Source: the human T2T-CHM13v2.0 reference genome, Homo sapiens
Strand: one strand, 5' to 3'
Assembly: GCF_009914755.1 (NCBI RefSeq)
Contig: NC_060926.1
DNA: 64,000 nucleotides
Every line of letters starts with the position of its first letter. The first letter of the stretch is position 1. The translations under genes and the position numbers were made by a program. Positions 1 through 13,460 of this stretch are shown piece by piece. Under the pieces are notes generated by a model that worked only from the letters and a program-made list of their open reading frames with translations, had not been told where the DNA came from and searched no databases.

Positions 1-135
1 CACATTTGTCAAAACTAATAACATTAACTTTGGCCTTTACTATTAGCTAAACTACAGGCTTAAATTCCACCAGTTTTTCCACAAACATCCTTTTACTGTT
101 CCAGAATCCATTCCAGGATTCCACATGGCACTTAA
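1..135 (-). mobile_element. Old L1M (L1MC-like) 3' UTR fragment
   Basis: ctgttccagaatccattccaggattccacatggcactta resembles the antisense L1MC 3' end. Confidence 0.5.
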
Positions 136-299
136 CATAAATGCCTTTTGCTTGACTGGAGGAACCTTTCATGAGTCCCACTAAGTGTCAGGCATTGCCC
201 TACATCTTGAGGAGCTGATGAAACAATCTCCGATTGTTTCAAAGGGATCACATGGGGAAAGTGGCTCATTGTCTGCTCCGTGCCACACAGGTGTGGGCA

Positions 300-780
300 A
301 GGCCTCCGCGCCGGCAGCAGTTGGGTTCCCAGCCCCTGCTCCCTAAGTCAAGGCAGCAATCTGAGCCCAGGACGTGACCCGTGTCGGTCTCCGCGCTGGG
401 TGCCCTTCCGGAGCCGGCACTGGAAGGTTAGCGCCTCTGAAATCAGATAAAGGACGTCAAGCCACAGCTGTGTTTGTTTTATAAATTAAAGGGCGAATCA
501 TTAAAATGACTGTTTTCCTGAAAATAAAGAGATTAAACAGTTCTCCCTTCTCCCCTGCTGCCTCCCCGCCTCTTTTTCCAATTTGTCCCACAGGACTCCA
601 GATTCGTGTTAATGGCGAAGAATTATCTCTGTTTCAATCTTGGGGCCTGGGCTGGCTCCATAACAATTATAATCTCCTATCTGAAGCGGCCTGGAGGCAA
701 AGGGCCGGTGAGGCTGAATTCTTTGCAGAATTAACCGCCATTCAGATGGATAGGAGAAGAATTGAGCGGGGGCCTTCAAG
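300..780. promoter_or_regulatory. Candidate enhancer/promoter: CpG-enriched, repeat-free, motif-rich
   Basis: About 13 CpGs in 300-500; AGATAA, GACGTCA, CAGCTG, TTTATAAAT and several TAAT/ATTA cores. Confidence 0.4.
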
Positions 781-879
781 GTGATTCTCAACTTTCCTTA
801 GGTACTTTTCCTATGGCCCTTTTCTGCAGAAGGTTCGGTGTCTGTTGGAATTTAAGGTTTTAACACAGAGAGAAAGAAA

Positions 880-950
880 AGAGGATAAAATGAGCATGTG
901 AAAAGTGCATGAAAAGCACCTGGCATGCAGTAAGTACTCAATAAACATTA
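880..950 (+). mobile_element. MIR 3' end
   Basis: cctggcatgcagtaagtactcaataaacatta. Confidence 0.65.
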
Positions 951-1134
951 AAGAGGCCGATGAGAAACATTTGTACTTAAATTAGAAGACAGTGGGGAGC
1001 CGGAAGTGTTTCTCAGAAGGATGACAGGGTTGGATGGAGTGGGGGTCTTTCAAGGAGCTTATGAACTAGGAGGGGCTTACATCACGAACACATCACATGA
1101 CATACGGCGGTGAAGAGAGCATGCGTCTAATAAT

Positions 1135-1600
<466 letters not shown>

Positions 1601-1832
1601 GCCTCCCAGAGAGACGAGGAGGGGTCGCAGCTCTGTCACAGCAGTGCCCACTTGCTCCTTGACTGGCTAGCACAGAGCCTGAGGTGTGAATACTCAGTGA
1701 AGAGTGTGTTAAATACATGAAGAGCTGTGACTCCCAGTCATCCCTGACTAAGAGCTATTGACCAATCTCATGCTCCTGTTTCCTCTTCTGGCACAAAAGG
1801 GAAAGCCTGTGGCTTATTTTATCAAAACATTA

Positions 1833-2162
<330 letters not shown>

Positions 2163-2477
2163 TTAGCAACAGGAACTCTAAAATGCTCAGATAATGCAAA
2201 AATACAGTCAATATAACTGTATCAGTTCCCTGAGCTTTGTAATGAAAGGAGAGCCTTAGTTTTTTATTTTTTTAAATGGGAAAATAAAGAGCTTTCCCCT
2301 TCAAACCAGCATGGAGGTTGTACAACATGAGAAAATGCGGAGGCAGCTCAGGAGATGAAGGCTGAGGTGGAACTTTAGGCTTGGAGGTTTCTAGGGACAA
2401 TCCATAAAGATGGTGGACAGTGAAGTCACTCCTGTGCCTAGTGAGACTTTCAGAACTGAGGTAAAACTCACCCCTTA

Positions 2478-2815
<338 letters not shown>

Positions 2816-3597
2816 GTGACCATTAAAACAACAGCAATAATAAACCTTGTAGCATAGCAGCAAACAAAAGAAAATGAATTTCTCAATCTAACAGTAAAAA
2901 AAAAAAATGGATTCTCCCAGTGGGCATCTAAAGAGCCTTTGCAGGCCTCTGAATTGTTCACCAAGAAATCCCTAAGCGGAAATTAGACAATGAGAAAAAC
3001 AACTAAGACTGCTTTGTATGGCTAAACAGCATCAAAGACCTACATTTTACAAGTATGGAATGGGCTTAAAGTGAAAAACCAAGCAGCCCTCATAAAAGTT
3101 AGAAAAAAAGCCTCCAGAAAAGCCCAGAGAAAGCTGAGACTGAGGGACCAGTCTTCCCTGGGAAGGAGGCAGCCGCTGCTGGCAGCTGGGCGGGGAGCTG
3201 GTGGTGGAGCTGGCTGGGACCGAGGAGACGGTTCTTCCTTTCCATCTGACATTTGATCCCCTCCCTGAGGCCTATGTTATTTAATGGTGCAGAACTTCCC
3301 TTTCCCCTAAAATTGAGATCCAGCTGGGCCATTTCTGGTTCCCACAGGTGTGTGCAGGCTCAAGCCACCCTGGCTACTGTGAAAGCTACAGGTGGGGGTC
3401 CTGACAGAGAGCAGGGTGGTGGCTATCTGGGTTAGGAGGCTGGGCGGGCAGCTGAGGGTGAGTGGTAAGCTGCTCTACTGCACCCCATGAGACAGCCCCC
3501 GTTAGGTCAACCTCACGCAGCAGCACACTGCACAAAATAAGGTTGGTTTTAGCTGAGCACTTAACATTTGTTTGCTTCTCAGCTTGTTTCATCCTTT

Positions 3598-3905
3598 CAT
3601 AAAACGAAAAATATCATACATACAAAAAATCAGAGAGGACAATACATTGAGCCCCCAAATATACCTCCCCCAGATTCAACAATTATCAGGATTTTACCAC
3701 ATTTGCTCAATCTATCCCTTTTTCCTTTTCTATCTTTGCTGAAATGTTTTTTTGAAAGCAAATGCAAGATATGCTATCTCTACCCATATATTTCAACATG
3801 CATCTCCCCCAAAAATATGAACATTTTCTTACATGACTACCGCACTATTTTCATGCCCAAGAGAATAAACAATAATTTCTTGGTGTTCTCTAATACTCAG
3901 TGTCT
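3598..3905 (-). mobile_element. L1MC-type 3' end
   Basis: cccagattcaacaattatcaggattttaccacatttgct and aacattttcttacat...aacaataatttctt motifs. Confidence 0.7.
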
Positions 3906-4137
3906 CCTTTTGCCTATAAGAAATGATGCCTTGAGATTAGAATCAGGGCTAAGGAAAAGCCTCCCCTCACGCTGTTTAAGACCAGAATGAACACTATAGC
4001 CCAAGTCCATTCTCCAAGCTTCAGTCCAGAATCTTTGCCTTGGTTTTGCAGGCAGACATTTCCCATAAACATCTACCTCTGTGCCTTCTCCCAACCCCAG
4101 CGCAGCCTCTAAAACAAGAGTTTGGGCTTTTCAGCTA

Positions 4138-4327
4138 CAGAGTGTCCTCGAAGTGTAGAGTGTATCAGAATCACCTGGCACTTGTTAAAATGCAGATTTC
4201 TGGGCTCCACCCCAGAGTTTCCAGCTTAGTGAGTGTGGGGCAGGGCTGGGAATTTGCATATCTAACAAGTTCCCAGATGATGAGGATTCTGCTAGTCCAG
4301 GGACCATACCTGGAGAGCCACAGAGCT
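4138..4327. mobile_element. MER5A-like hAT MITE
   Basis: atcagaatcacctgg...aaaatgcagatttctgggctccacccc...gaatttgcatatctaacaagttccc. Confidence 0.85.
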
Positions 4328-5342
4328 ACCACAAACCACACAAATGGGTCTTTCTTTGAGGAACTACGGCCTGCTCTGCTGAGGCTGCCTCATGACATGG
4401 CTCCAGCAGTGCCTTGTGCTCCAGGGCCATCCGTGTGCAGACAGAGATTGGGAATGCTTTCATTACCCTGAAGTTATTCCTGACGCTGACATACTTGGGC
4501 CTCGGTGTATCAGCTCCCACTAAGCAAGTTTCTGTTGCCTTGTTACCCAGCAACTAGCCCAGCTTTGCTCTCCCATGCCTGGGCTCCTTGCCTGGTAACC
4601 CATTCCCTGAGGGACCAGATTCTCATCCTCCAATCTCAGCTTTCTCTGGTCAAGTCACCTTACACCAAATCCTTGACTTGTCCTGGGGCTTGGCTGACTT
4701 TCTCCATGCCTTACCAGGGCAAGTCCAGCCGTTGTGAGGAAACACCCTTTCCTATTACATCTGCTCAGAGCAGCACCTTTTCCTCATTCACACAGAAGTG
4801 CAGTGCCAGGCCCTCGTCTGGTTCTCTGTCCATTCCTTGCTCCATCCTGATCACCTATTGAGCCTGGACCATTGAATCATAAGTCCCATCTGGCTCCCAC
4901 CCCAACCCTGCTCATTCCCCCTCCCTCCCCACCCTTCCCAGAAACAGCAGCACACGTGCTTCCTAGGGCTGCCCAGCCCTGCTCTGTCAAGACCGAGGCC
5001 TGAGCCAGAAGGGCTTCCTGAAAAGCCAAAGCCACATCCCCTCCCAGGCAGGTCTGATGGCTCTCCCTCGATCAGGAAGCTTGTCCCAGGACACAGCCTC
5101 ACCCTAGTGGCACTGGGTTTCCTTCTCAGAGGAGCAGCTGCCCTGAAGGAAAGCTGGGCTGGGTTTTGCCCAATTTCTCAGAGGGGTTGCTCTTGGGGCT
5201 TGAACCTCTTTATACACTAAAGTCAGCCAGCCAGTGAGTCAGCTAAATTTACTAGCCCTATTGGCCCTCAGACGGGCCCGTGGGCAAAGACTAAAAATAG
5301 CAGGTGTGAGGGCCCCAGCTTTGGGGTGGGATGGGTGAGCGC

Positions 5343-5490
5343 ATTCATCCATCCATCCAGGAAACACTCACTGAGCACCTAGGAGGGCAGGAACTGTTTT
5401 GGACATGGGGCACCAACCAAATGACAAAATCCTTGTCTTTATAGAGGTTGCATGCCAATGAAGGAGACAGATAATCATAAACAAATTTGC
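5343..5490 (-). mobile_element. L2 3' end
   Basis: cattcatccatcc...ctgagcacct...ggagacagataa. Confidence 0.65.
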
Positions 5491-5770
5491 AAAAATATGT
5501 AGAAGACTCACATAATTCTATAGTAGGGTCCAAAAATCTCAATAGTGTCAAGTGTGGGATCCTGTGAGATTGATAAAATATCAGGGTGAACATGCTGCAG
5601 ATGGCAGGAATCAGCCACCAATCATATTTCCTCTTTGCTGAAGTTACTGTGGGTTGTGCTATTAAAGGGCACCACTGCATATTAAGTCATGTAAGAAGGA
5701 AATGCTAAGAAAATACATAAAACATGGCAGGAGGGCATGCAATGCTGGGGTGGGGAGAGCTGAAATTTTT

Positions 5771-6069
5771 TATTCTATTTATTTTATTGAGACAGACTCA
5801 TTCTGTCACCCAGGCTGGAGTGCAGTGGCATGACCTTGGCTAACTGCAACCTCTGCCTCCTAGGTTCAAGCAATTCTTGTGCCTCAGCCTCCTGAGTAAC
5901 TGGGATCACAGGCGTGAACTACCATGCCCAGCTAATTTTTTGTATTTTTAGTAGAGATGGGGTTTCACTATGTCGCCCAGGCTGGTCTCCAACTCCTGGG
6001 TTCAAGCGATCCACCCTCCTAGTCTTCCCAAAGTGCTGGGATTACAGGTGTGAGCCACCGCACCCAGCT
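5771..6069 (-). mobile_element. Alu (Jb/Sz-like)
   Basis: Antisense dimer; TSD-like gag(c/t)tgaaatttt. Confidence 0.95.
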
Positions 6070-7279
6070 GAGTTGAAATTTTATATAGCCCGATTTATTT
6101 AATAAGAAGAATGCCTCACTAACAATGCAACCTGAAATGGAGATTGCATCCCCCTACTGGCACGTACAGGACTGAGAAATCCAGAAACACGGAGGCATAG
6201 GAAGGTACAAAAAATAAAGGCAAGGATTGGGAATCGCTAAAGAGACCATAGCAAAGGGAGTCAAATGAAGGGACCAGAAGACCAGAAACAGATCCTCTAG
6301 CAATGGATGATGTAGTTACTGGCATCCCTTCAGAGAGAGAAGGAAGGGGACATTCCAGGCAGGTGGAAGAAGACAGGAGATGACTCAGAGGTGAGAAAAA
6401 GCAAATAATATTCCAAAGAAAAATTTTCTTGGCTGGATTGTTGACGAGCAAGAGTTAACATGGATCCAGGGTAAGAGGACTAGGAAATGCAAAGTGTGAA
6501 AATTCAAAATCAGGAAGAACGATTTTATCTTGAGCAAAAGGCCCTCGGACGCCATCACAGGCTTGGAGATGCGGGTGGTACCCACAGTTGCCTAAGGAAG
6601 ACTGGCAGGGGGGCTCACATGCTGTGGAGAAGCGGTGGCCCAGAGCTGGCAGTGGAGACAGAGAGGCTGCCAAGGGCAGTAGCCAGGAACTGTGGGCTGT
6701 TCTGGCCCCTTTGTCTCTCCAAAGATGTGTGGGAGGCACAGAGGGCCAGAGGTTTCCCAACTCCTGAGCAGCTCCCTTGTTCCTGTTTATTCTTATTCCT
6801 TTAATGATATGATGAGCTCATGTTCTCAGAGGTGCCAGGAATGAATTAGCCATGCAGCTCACTTCAGCATTAGCAGAAACCATGGAGTGTCCTGCAGCAG
6901 GTAGGTCTGAGCTGCGTGTCTGGAGAGGGCAGGATGACAGTGCCACATGCATGTGGGTCCTGCCCTCCAGGAGCCAGCCGGCGACCCTGCCAGCAATGGT
7001 GGCCAAGCAGGAGGGAGGGGCAGCTGCTCAGACCACCAGGGAACAAAATGTTCCTCTCCTCTTTGGAGGAAAATAATCAAGTAGATTTCCTCTTTCTTTT
7101 TTACTATTCTTGCTTGCTATGGCAGAGCCATAGACTCTCCAAGGAGAGATTCCTTGAAACCACTGCCTCCTTTCCTAGGTCTCAGCTCCCCAGCCTATAA
7201 TTGCATGTGTGTAAATCCCTCCCCAACCCCACACTCATCCTCATTTCTAACCAGCTCTTCCTAAAATTCCACTCTTTCT

Positions 7280-7810
7280 TAAGGAGTCTCTTCCACAGAA
7301 CCCTGGGGAAACTCACTCCATGGTCCATTTAAGTCTTCATTTTCCTCTCACCTTAACCCAAACCAGTGCAGGCGAGTCAACATCCTGCCTCTTCCTGCCC
7401 CCTTACCGAAGCCTCGCCTTCTCCTAGTGTCTTCCGCACAACAGGGGAAGCAGCAGCATGTCTATGCCATTTGGTCATGCCAGTCAAGTCCCTGCCATCT
7501 GGGCACACCGCCTTCTCCAGGTCTCTGCTGGCTTCTGGATTGCATTTCCCGTCTTTCCCCTGTCATCATCCTTGGTGACCTCAACCTTCATGTCAATGAC
7601 CTGTCCAGCTCCCTGACCACCCTCTTCTGTGCCCTTCTCCACACGGATGACCCCTGTCCCATAGGATAGCGACCACAGCTGGACCGCATTACACGGTTCT
7701 GCCTCCCCTCCAAGAACTCGAGCGTGGTGCAGACCCTTCAACCTCAGCCTCCTACCCTGCCGACATCCCGCTTCCTCACTCCTCCTGAACCAGTTCTTTG
7801 TCATTGCTGA
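7280..7810 (+). mobile_element. L2 ORF2 endonuclease-region remnant
   Basis: Frame 7427-7669 encodes PVIILGDLNLHVND, matching the APE-type IILGDFN-H motif of L2/CR1 elements. Confidence 0.7.
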
Positions 7811-8034
7811 ATCGTCTCATTTCTTGACCCTTTGTAACACAAACAATCTAGTACCTCTCTGTGGTCTACATTTTCAATACACACATATACAGCTCTCCAG
7901 GTTCTACCATGCCTTCTTCCCTGGGTCTCCTTCCTCCCCAGCAATTAGTACTATGGAGCCAAAAGAAAGAAATACTTGCAAATTTACCTTCTCTTCTAAG
8001 ATGCAATTACTTTTGCACCAACCTAATTTATGCA

Positions 8035-8255
8035 TTAATATTATGCACTTACTATAGGCTAGATTCCTCTAAATACTTTGTGTGGGTTGTCTCCTTTAAT
8101 CCTCACAATAACCCATGGGGTGGGTATAATCATTACTCCCATTTAACATATAAGGAAACCGAAAGCACAGAAAAAAAAAAGTACTTTGCCCATGGTCATG
8201 CAGTTGGAGGCATGATTCAAACCCAGAATCCACTATCACTCACCCACCTTCCAAG
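8035..8255 (-). mobile_element. MIR
   Basis: tttaatcctcacaataaccc...ccccattt...ggaaaccga...gattcaaacccag. Confidence 0.8.
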
Positions 8256-8285
8256 TTAAATAGAACAGGTATTGGTCTACTACAG

Positions 8286-8361
8286 TTTTTATTTATTATT
8301 TATTTTTAGCTGCTCCTTGCAGAGCAGGGCTAATTCTTAGGCAGTGTGCCTGAAGTTAGCC
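8286..8361 (-). pseudogene. Short A-tailed retrocopy of a structured small RNA (source unassigned)
   Basis: Minus strand GGCTAACTTCAGGCACACTGCCTAAGAATTAGCCCTGCTCTGCAAGGAGCAGCT followed by an A-rich tail; TSD-like flanks. Confidence 0.6.
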
Positions 8362-8366
8362 TATTA

Positions 8367-8747
<381 letters not shown>

Positions 8748-9116
8748 TGATTCATTCTAACCTTCATATAGTAGTGCTTTATACAGTGGAGAAACTCAAT
8801 AAAGATACGTTGAAAGTATTTAAATTACACCAATCTGATTTGTGTAGAAAATGTAAGACACTCAAGTTCATGAAGTGAGCTCCAAATGTGAAAACACTGA
8901 AAAAATGGATGCGTGGATCAAAGGCACAAGCATGCATATTAAAAACAAACAAACAAAAAACACTCTTCTACTTGAATCATTAAACTTAAAATTTTATAAC
9001 ACTGTAATCTATGCTCATTCAGATGCAAATTTCCAATTGTTGATGTATTTACATCCATTTCTCAAAGAATCAACACTTGGAATAAACAGTCATGCAAATA
9101 GTATCAGAAATTTCTT

Positions 9117-9412
9117 TTCTTTTTTTTTTTTTTTGAGACGGAGTCTCGCTCTGTCGCCCAGGCTGGAGTGCAGTGGCACGATCTAGGCTCACTGCGAGCT
9201 CCGCCTCCCGGGTTCACGCCATTGTGCCATTCTCCAGCCTCAGCCTCCCGAGTAGCTGGGATTACAGGTGCCTGCCACCACACCCAGCTAATTTTTTTGT
9301 ATTTTTAGTAGAGACGGGGTTTCACCATGGTCTCGATCTCCTGACCTCATGATCCTCCCACCTCGGCCTCCCAAAGTGCTGAGATTACAGGCGTGAGCCA
9401 CCGTGCCCAGCC
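9117..9412 (-). mobile_element. AluY-like
   Basis: gggttcacgccatt and gtctcgatctcc diagnostics; TSD CAGAAATTTCTT. Confidence 0.95.
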
Positions 9413-9469
9413 CAGAAATTTCTTAAAGACTCAACTCAGATTTGTTTTTAAATTTATACTCTATGTGAA

Positions 9470-9730
9470 AATTTTTTAATTTAACTGACAAATAATTATG
9501 TACATTTATGGTATTCAACATGATGTTTTGGTCTATACATTGTAGAAACCTATACATTGTACACATTGTAGAAAGATTCCATAAAGCTAATTAATAACGT
9601 CTATTACCTTACCAATTTATCACTTTTTGGGGGGGTGAGAATGTTAAAAATATATTCTTTTAGCAATTTTGAAATATACAACATGTTAACTGTGTTCATC
9701 ATGCAATGTAACAGATCACTAAAAGCAATT
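9470..9730 (-). mobile_element. L1MA-type 3' end
   Basis: tgacaaataattatgtacatttatgg...agcaattttgaaatatacaa...aacagatcac. Confidence 0.75.
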
Positions 9731-9734
9731 CAGA

Positions 9735-9791
9735 TTTTTTTTTTTATACTTTAAGTTCTAGGGTACATGTGCACAACGTGCAGGTTTGTTA
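9735..9791 (-). mobile_element. Very short L1PA 3' terminus
   Basis: poly(T) followed by atactttaagttctagggtacatgtgcacaacgtgcaggtttgtta. Confidence 0.9.
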
Positions 9792-10259
9792 ATGTGATCC
9801 CAGAGAATGTGATGTTTTCTGTATTTAAGAATAGATCCCAGAAACAAAATAACCATTGATAAAGAAACCTACTGTTACCATAGCATGCAAATACAGGCTT
9901 TAGCACTGAGGCAAAGGCTATCTGAGAATTGTGTTGGCAGCTTAAATGTCCATGGTTTACCAGGCAGTCATCTTTCTCATTTGCTACATGGAATACGTAT
10001 GTCATGGCATAATGATATGTAGAAGCTGTATCATCACACTGAAAAAGCCCCTCAACCACTGCCTGCAAAATCAGCTTTGAATTGGCAAAGTAGACATCCC
10101 TAAACCTCAGCCTTCTCTCTCAAGCTAATTCCTCCAACATCAAGCAATAACTATTAAAGAGCAGCTGCTCCAGGTGACAGGTGACCAGCATGGCTGATTC
10201 CTAGCACATCTCTCTGAATTGGTCAAAGGCAAAAACGAAAAGCAAAACTAAACTAAAAA

Positions 10260-10260
<1 letters not shown>

Positions 10261-10300
<40 letters not shown>

Positions 10301-10328
10301 TGCGCACACACACACACACACTCACACA
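10261..10328. repeat. (CA)n microsatellite
   Basis: Direct reading; interrupted by gcatgcg. Confidence 0.98.
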
Positions 10329-10699
10329 GAGAAACCTTTCAAGATACTCTAAGGATAAACTCGAGAAATATGGGGAGTGTGATAAGAAGTAGCTTAGGTT
10401 CAGTTAATACACAGAGTAAGCACAAGACACATTACAGTGTCTGCATCAACAAAACGAAGGGAAAAATCCGCCTAAGCAGCAGATCATGGATCAAAACTCA
10501 AATTCCAGAGATTGTGGCAGTTGATTGGCAAAACCTGTCAATTCCAGACTGGCTTAAATTGTCGTTTAAGAACAGATGTCTTTTAGGAGTCAAGTATCTG
10601 AAGGCAATTAACTAATACTAACTCATTGGGCCACTCTAACTATGCCTGCTTGGCAATCAGTAAAAGCTTCCCAAAAGGATGGTGGCAGAGTACAATGGA

Positions 10700-10990
10700 A
10701 AATATGCTGGAAGCCAGAGAGGATGTGGGGAGACTGGCTTTCCCACCCATTGCCAGGGAATGTGGATGCCACAACATTTTTGGCAAGAGTCAGGCAGTAC
10801 ATATTAAAACTCACTTGCCCTTGGTACCAGCAGTCCCACCCTGGGAAATCTATCCTAAAGAAATAAATGCATCCAAGGGCAATAATATGTTGCAAGGCTA
10901 TTACGTTGCAGTGTTGTGTGCACAAGCAAAAAACTAGAAACAAACTGAATGTCTCTCAGTATAGAAATAACTGAACATGCGACGGACATC
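10700..10990 (+). mobile_element. Old L1M ORF2 C-terminal remnant
   Basis: Translation HLPLVPAVPPWEIYPKE resembles L1 LPYDPAIPLLGIYPKE; aaaaactagaaacaaactgaatgtc. Confidence 0.75.
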
Positions 10991-11120
10991 TGTTGACTAT
11001 TCATTCAACATCATCTGTCCCCTTCTTCTTTGCAACGGAAGCTTGATTCTGTTTAGGTGACCATTCCCAGGAAAGGAGACCTGTAGTCCCCACTCCAGAG
11101 GAAAATCTGTATTAGTCTAA
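10991..11120 (+). mobile_element. LTR33-like ERVL LTR 5' fragment
   Basis: tgttgactattc...ccccttcttctttgcaacggaagcttgatt. Confidence 0.35.
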
Positions 11121-11139
11121 AATGAAGTAGATTTGAAAT

Positions 11140-11315
11140 CTACTAGTTCCACCCTGGTCCCACCATGTCCTAGCTGTACAACCTGGCTGTCACTCCACCT
11201 GCCTGGGGCCCCAGTTTTCTCTTCTGCAAAATGCCCATTCTTACACTTGCCCTGCCTAGATGGTAAGGTTTTTATTATGTAAAAGCATTTTGACAACTTG
11301 TAAGCATTCTACCAA
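11140..11315 (+). mobile_element. MIR
   Basis: tagctgtacaacctgg...cagttttctcttctgcaaaatg. Confidence 0.65.
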
Positions 11316-12379
11316 TTTAAAGAAGGATGGGTTTTGGATCAGCCTCTATGTGTGGATGTTGTGTCTGCACTCACCTCCAGGACGCCATTCACACCCGCCT
11401 CCTCAGCGCCACACTGTTCCTACACATGAGCTAAGCGGCAGCCAGCCAGGGCCCCAAGCTAGGCTGGCTTTCCAATGCTTTGTTTCCACCCAGGGCTCCA
11501 GCCAACACTTCGATTAACTTCTAACTGAAAAACGATGCCAGCTGTAGGACCCAGCTGCTCTTGCCTTCGATGGGATTTCTCTCAGGTTTTCTTTCTTGTG
11601 ACTCATGACTAAGATGTCCCATCCGTATCCACCATCTTTCCAAAGACAATGTGTAAGATTTGCTTCCCGGGTCCAGTCCTCTCCCTACTCACAATCACAC
11701 GTGCTGATTTAATCTCAGGAGACGTAAACATTTGCTGGACTTTCTCCATTTATCCCCATCCGTCCGCGGCTATCTTCCCCCACACACGCATTTCTATGTT
11801 CTCCTTTTCTCGACACCCACTGCTTTACCCATGCTGCCCTGCGTTCCCTTTATTTCTCAAACACTCAGTTTTCCTAAAATGCAGTTTCCCATTCTCTGGA
11901 CATAGGAAACTTCTTGCTTCTTCTCCAATGGGGTAGGAATTAGTAAAATTTGCTCCCAAAGCTGCTGTTTCCTTTTTTTTTTTTCCCCAGAGAGATGCCA
12001 TTTTGGGTGTGTGGTGTTTAAAGACCCAGGGCTGGGTCCCTTGGGGATGAGCTGGAATAATAAGGTTGCTGAACCAGACCTAACCCATTTGGTTATAACA
12101 GAAAGTTGTTTTCTACTGAGAGTGGCTTTGAGGCTGAGATGGAGGAACAACATATGGGGGAACAGGCAGAGGCGGGAGGCAATCACAGGGGGACCTGGAA
12201 GACCCACAGGGGCTGGCTCAGGGTTAAAGGGAAGCTGGGTCCTGTAGCAGGGTGCTGCCGGGTTGCCATTTGGCATTGATGTCTGGGGCCTCTAGGACTT
12301 TTTCCTTTAAGTTCCCCTTGTCCCCTGCCTAGCTTCACGATCCCTCCACAGTCCAAGGCAGAGGACCACAAAGAGATGT

Positions 12380-12550
12380 CACAGAGAGCACCTGGGTTGC
12401 AGTCAGCACACTAGGGTTTGCATTTTGACACTGCTCCTTCCTAGTGCTGTGGCCTCCAGTAAGTCACCTCTCTGGCCCTGGGGGCCTCCTCTATGAAGAG
12501 GGAACTGTAATACCCAGGAGGATCAAGGCGAACCAATGCATACTAAGGCT
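12380..12550 (+). mobile_element. MIR
   Basis: agagcacctgggttgcagtcag...gtaagtcacctctctgg. Confidence 0.6.
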
Positions 12551-12841
12551 CCTGCTCAAGGTGTGGGCCTCTGCTGCACGAGGCCTACAAAGGAAGGGTT
12601 TGCAGTAGATTACAAGCAGCTCATTCTGAATCTGGGGAGAAAATGAGTCCCATTAGGGGAAAAACAAAGCCCTGCATAATAGGTATTAGCTGCAGCCCTA
12701 CAGAGTCAATAAGAATTAGGTGGGTGATATAACGCTACCCTTGGATAAGTTTGCCCTAATTTTGGCAAGTTCCAGTCTAACCCTCTGAGGCTAGGTCTTT
12801 TCTCCCTGGATGGAGAGTTATTTCTTTAAAAGAAGAAAAGA

Positions 12842-13276
<435 letters not shown>

Positions 13277-13299
13277 CTATGTTACCTGAGGATTTACAT

Positions 13300-13460
13300 G
13301 GTGCTCCAGAAGGAAGATCTTGGCCTAATCCAGATTCTGACACTACCTGTGTGACCACAGACTGGCCACTTACCCTTCTCTAGGGGCCTTATTTATTCAT
13401 TTGAAACAAAATACTGGAATCAGGAGCTAAGGTTTCTTCCATCTCAGGCATTCAGTGATT
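13300..13460 (+). mobile_element. MIR/MIR3
   Basis: tgtgtgacc...ccacttacccttctct...aaggtttcttccatctc...tgattct. Confidence 0.55.
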
